A stretch of 64,000 nt of DNA from Candidatus Micrarchaeota archaeon. GTDB lineage: Archaea > Micrarchaeota > Micrarchaeia > Norongarragalinales > Norongarragalinaceae. Shown in pieces: positions 62,496 to 64,000 of this stretch. Made by a program: the position numbers and the translations under genes. Position 1 is the first letter of the stretch. Every line of letters begins with the position of its first letter. The stretch covers positions 98,736 to 162,735 of the forward strand of contig JACQQD010000005.1 of NCBI GenBank assembly GCA_016207165.1. The letters are read 5' to 3'. The notes under the pieces are model-generated. The model saw only the letters and a program-made list of their open reading frames with translations. It was not told the origin of the DNA and ran no database searches.

Positions 62496-63767
62496 ATGGC
62501 TGCGAAACCACACTTGAACTTGATTTTTGCGGGTCACGTCGACCACGGCAAATCCACGCTGGTCGGCCGCGTGCTTTACGACACCGGCGCGTTAAGCGAA
62601 AACGACTTGCGCAAGCTCAAGGAAGAGGCGGCCAAAGTCGGCAAACAAACGTTTGAATTCGCGTTCGCCATGGACTCCCTGAAAGAGGAACGCGAGCGCG
62701 GCGTGACCATCGACATTGCGCACAAGGACTTCAACACGCAGAAGTATTACTTCACCATCATTGACGCGCCCGGCCACAAAGACTTCGTCAAGAACATGAT
62801 TACCGGCGCGTCGCAGGCCGACGCCGCCGTTTTGGTTTGTAGCGCAAAAGAAGGCGTGCAGGCGCAGACCATCGAGCACGCCTTTTTGTTGAAAGTGTTG
62901 GGCGTGGGACAGTTCATCGTCGCCATCAACAAGATGGATTCCGTGAACTACGACCAAGCCAAATACAAGGAAACCGTGGACGCGCTGACGGCCAAAATCA
63001 AGCCCATGGGTTACCCCGTGGACAAAATCTCGTTCATCCCCACGTCGGCGTACATGGGCGACAACATCGCCAAGAAATCCGCCAAGACGCCGTGGTACAA
63101 CGGCCCCTGCCTCGTGGAGGCCTTTGACAACCTCATTGAACCCAAAAAGCCGTTGGACAAGCCGCTGCGCTTGCCCATCCAGGAAGTCTTCACCATCACG
63201 GGCCAGGGAACGGTTCCGGTGGGCCGCGTGGAAGCCGGCGTCATGAAGCCGGGCCAAGCCATCATCATCATGCCGGAAGGCGTGGCGGGCGAAGTCAAGA
63301 GCATTGAAATGCACCACCAGCAACTCGCTGAGGCTGTACCCGGTGACAACGTCGGCTTTGCGCTTAAAAACGTGGACAAGAAAGCCATCAAGCGGGGAAG
63401 CGTGGTCGGCGACCCCGCCAAGCCGCCGACGGTGGCCGAGGAATTCAAGGCCCAAATCGTTGTGCTGAACCACCCCACCGCCATCGGCAAAAACTACACG
63501 CCCGTCTTCCACTTGCACACCGCCCAGTTGGCGTGCACGATCACGGAAATTTTGGAAAAGAAGGACCCCAAGACGGGCCAGACGGCGCAAGCCAACCCCG
63601 ACTTTTTGAAGACCGGTGACGTGGCGATCGTCAAGATCAAGCCGACCCGTCCTGTTGTCGCGGAGAAATACCAGGACTTTCCGGCGTTGGGCCGGTTTGC
63701 CATGCGCGACATGGGCCAGACGGTGGCCGCCGGCGTGATTTTGGAAGTCACGCCGCGCAAGGCTTAA
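62496..63767 (+). CDS. tuf: elongation factor 1-alpha (aEF-1alpha/EF-Tu)
   Basis: [29 protein letters not shown]...; TATA-like tttaaat ~20 nt upstream (leaderless). Confidence 0.95.
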   Translation: MAAKPHLNLIFAGHVDHGKSTLVGRVLYDTGALSENDLRKLKEEAAKVGKQTFEFAFAMDSLKEERERGVTIDIAHKDFNTQKYYFTIIDAPGHKDFVKNMITGASQADAAVLVCSAKEGVQAQTIEHAFLLKVLGVGQFIVAINKMDSVNYDQAKYKETVDALTAKIKPMGYPVDKISFIPTSAYMGDNIAKKSAKTPWYNGPCLVEAFDNLIEPKKPLDKPLRLPIQEVFTITGQGTVPVGRVEAGVMKPGQAIIIMPEGVAGEVKSIEMHHQQLAEAVPGDNVGFALKNVDKKAIKRGSVVGDPAKPPTVAEEFKAQIVVLNHPTAIGKNYTPVFHLHTAQLACTITEILEKKDPKTGQTAQANPDFLKTGDVAIVKIKPTRPVVAEKYQDFPALGRFAMRDMGQTVAAGVILEVTPRKA

Positions 63768-63834
63768 AAGCGGTTGACGGCACTCTAGGGGATACTCCCC
63801 ATTTACATTTTATTTTTTCAAAGGGTTTTTTTTC

Positions 63835-64000
63835 ATGACGAAGGCGCGCATCAAGCTGGAAAGCAAGGACGTCAAGGAGCTAGACGAAGTCTGCGTCAGC
63901 ATCAAGGACATTTCCAGCAAGGCGGGACTTCCCATGAAGGGACCCGTTCCGTTACCGACCAAGAGGCTCCGCATTTCCACGCGGAAAACCCCGTGCGGCG
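63835..64000 (+). CDS. rps10: 30S ribosomal protein uS10 (S10), N-terminal fragment running off the window
   Basis: MTKARIKLESKDVKELDEVCVSIKDISSKAGLPMKGPVPLPTKRLRISTRKTP...; conserved tuf-rps10 linkage; start coordinate +/-2. Confidence 0.8.
   Translation, partial: MTKARIKLESKDVKELDEVCVSIKDISSKAGLPMKGPVPLPTKRLRISTRKTPCG

Noticed and set aside
1-64000. Looked for CRISPR arrays, rRNA genes, integrase/transposase genes and long direct or inverted repeats
   Set aside because: No regularly spaced repeats, no rRNA-like stretches and no recombinase motifs found by eye; the only repeats are the two hairpin elements with duplicated flanks and intragenic tandem modules

Overview
High-GC (~60%) archaeal chromosome segment. 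The archaeal identity rests on eS4, eL32, eL19, eL34, eL14, eL18 and eL30, a split rpoB, aEF-2/aEF-1alpha, SUI1 and Cbf5. It carries most of the conserved translation/transcription superoperons on the + strand: uL4(partial)-uL23-uL2-uS19-uL22-uS3-uL29-SUI1-uS17-uL14-uL24-eS4-uL5-uS14-uS8-uL6-eL32-eL19-uL18-uS5-uL30-uL15-SecY-DUF106-eL34-Cmk-eL14-(insert)-Cbf5; then uS13-uS4-uS11-RpoD-DUF167-tRNA-eL18-uL13-uS9-RpoN; then RpoH-RpoB''-RpoB'-RpoA(unsplit)-(8 kb island)-eL30-NusA-uS12-uS7-PspC-aEF2-(2 ORFs)-aEF1alpha-uS10(partial). Several accessory segments interrupt these blocks. (1) A 332-aa orphan ORF between rpl14e and cbf5. (2) A RelE/ParE-type toxin-antitoxin pair followed by a 995-aa secreted three-domain peptidoglycan hydrolase (M23 + Amidase_3 + SLT), unexpected in an archaeon. 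(3) Five tRNA genes, four with introns, two of them with non-canonical T-loop (59/60) introns; tRNA-Ser carries two introns. (4) An accessory block with a surface glycoprotein-like coiled-coil protein, a frameshifted SulP permease, a class I methyltransferase, ThiI, a P-loop kinase-dCMP deaminase fusion (architecture of defensive dCTP deaminases), quinone-reductase and flavodoxin-like proteins, and a geranylgeranyl reductase. (5) A reductive-TCA-like cluster: aconitase, isocitrate dehydrogenase, ATP-citrate lyase aclB-aclA. (6) Two copies of a short hairpin element, each flanked by 30-45 bp duplications of the adjacent gene terminus. (7) An 8-kb island of lipoproteins, an ABC transporter and a HAD hydrolase between rpoA and rpl30e. 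No CRISPR array, rRNA or obvious integrase/transposase was seen.
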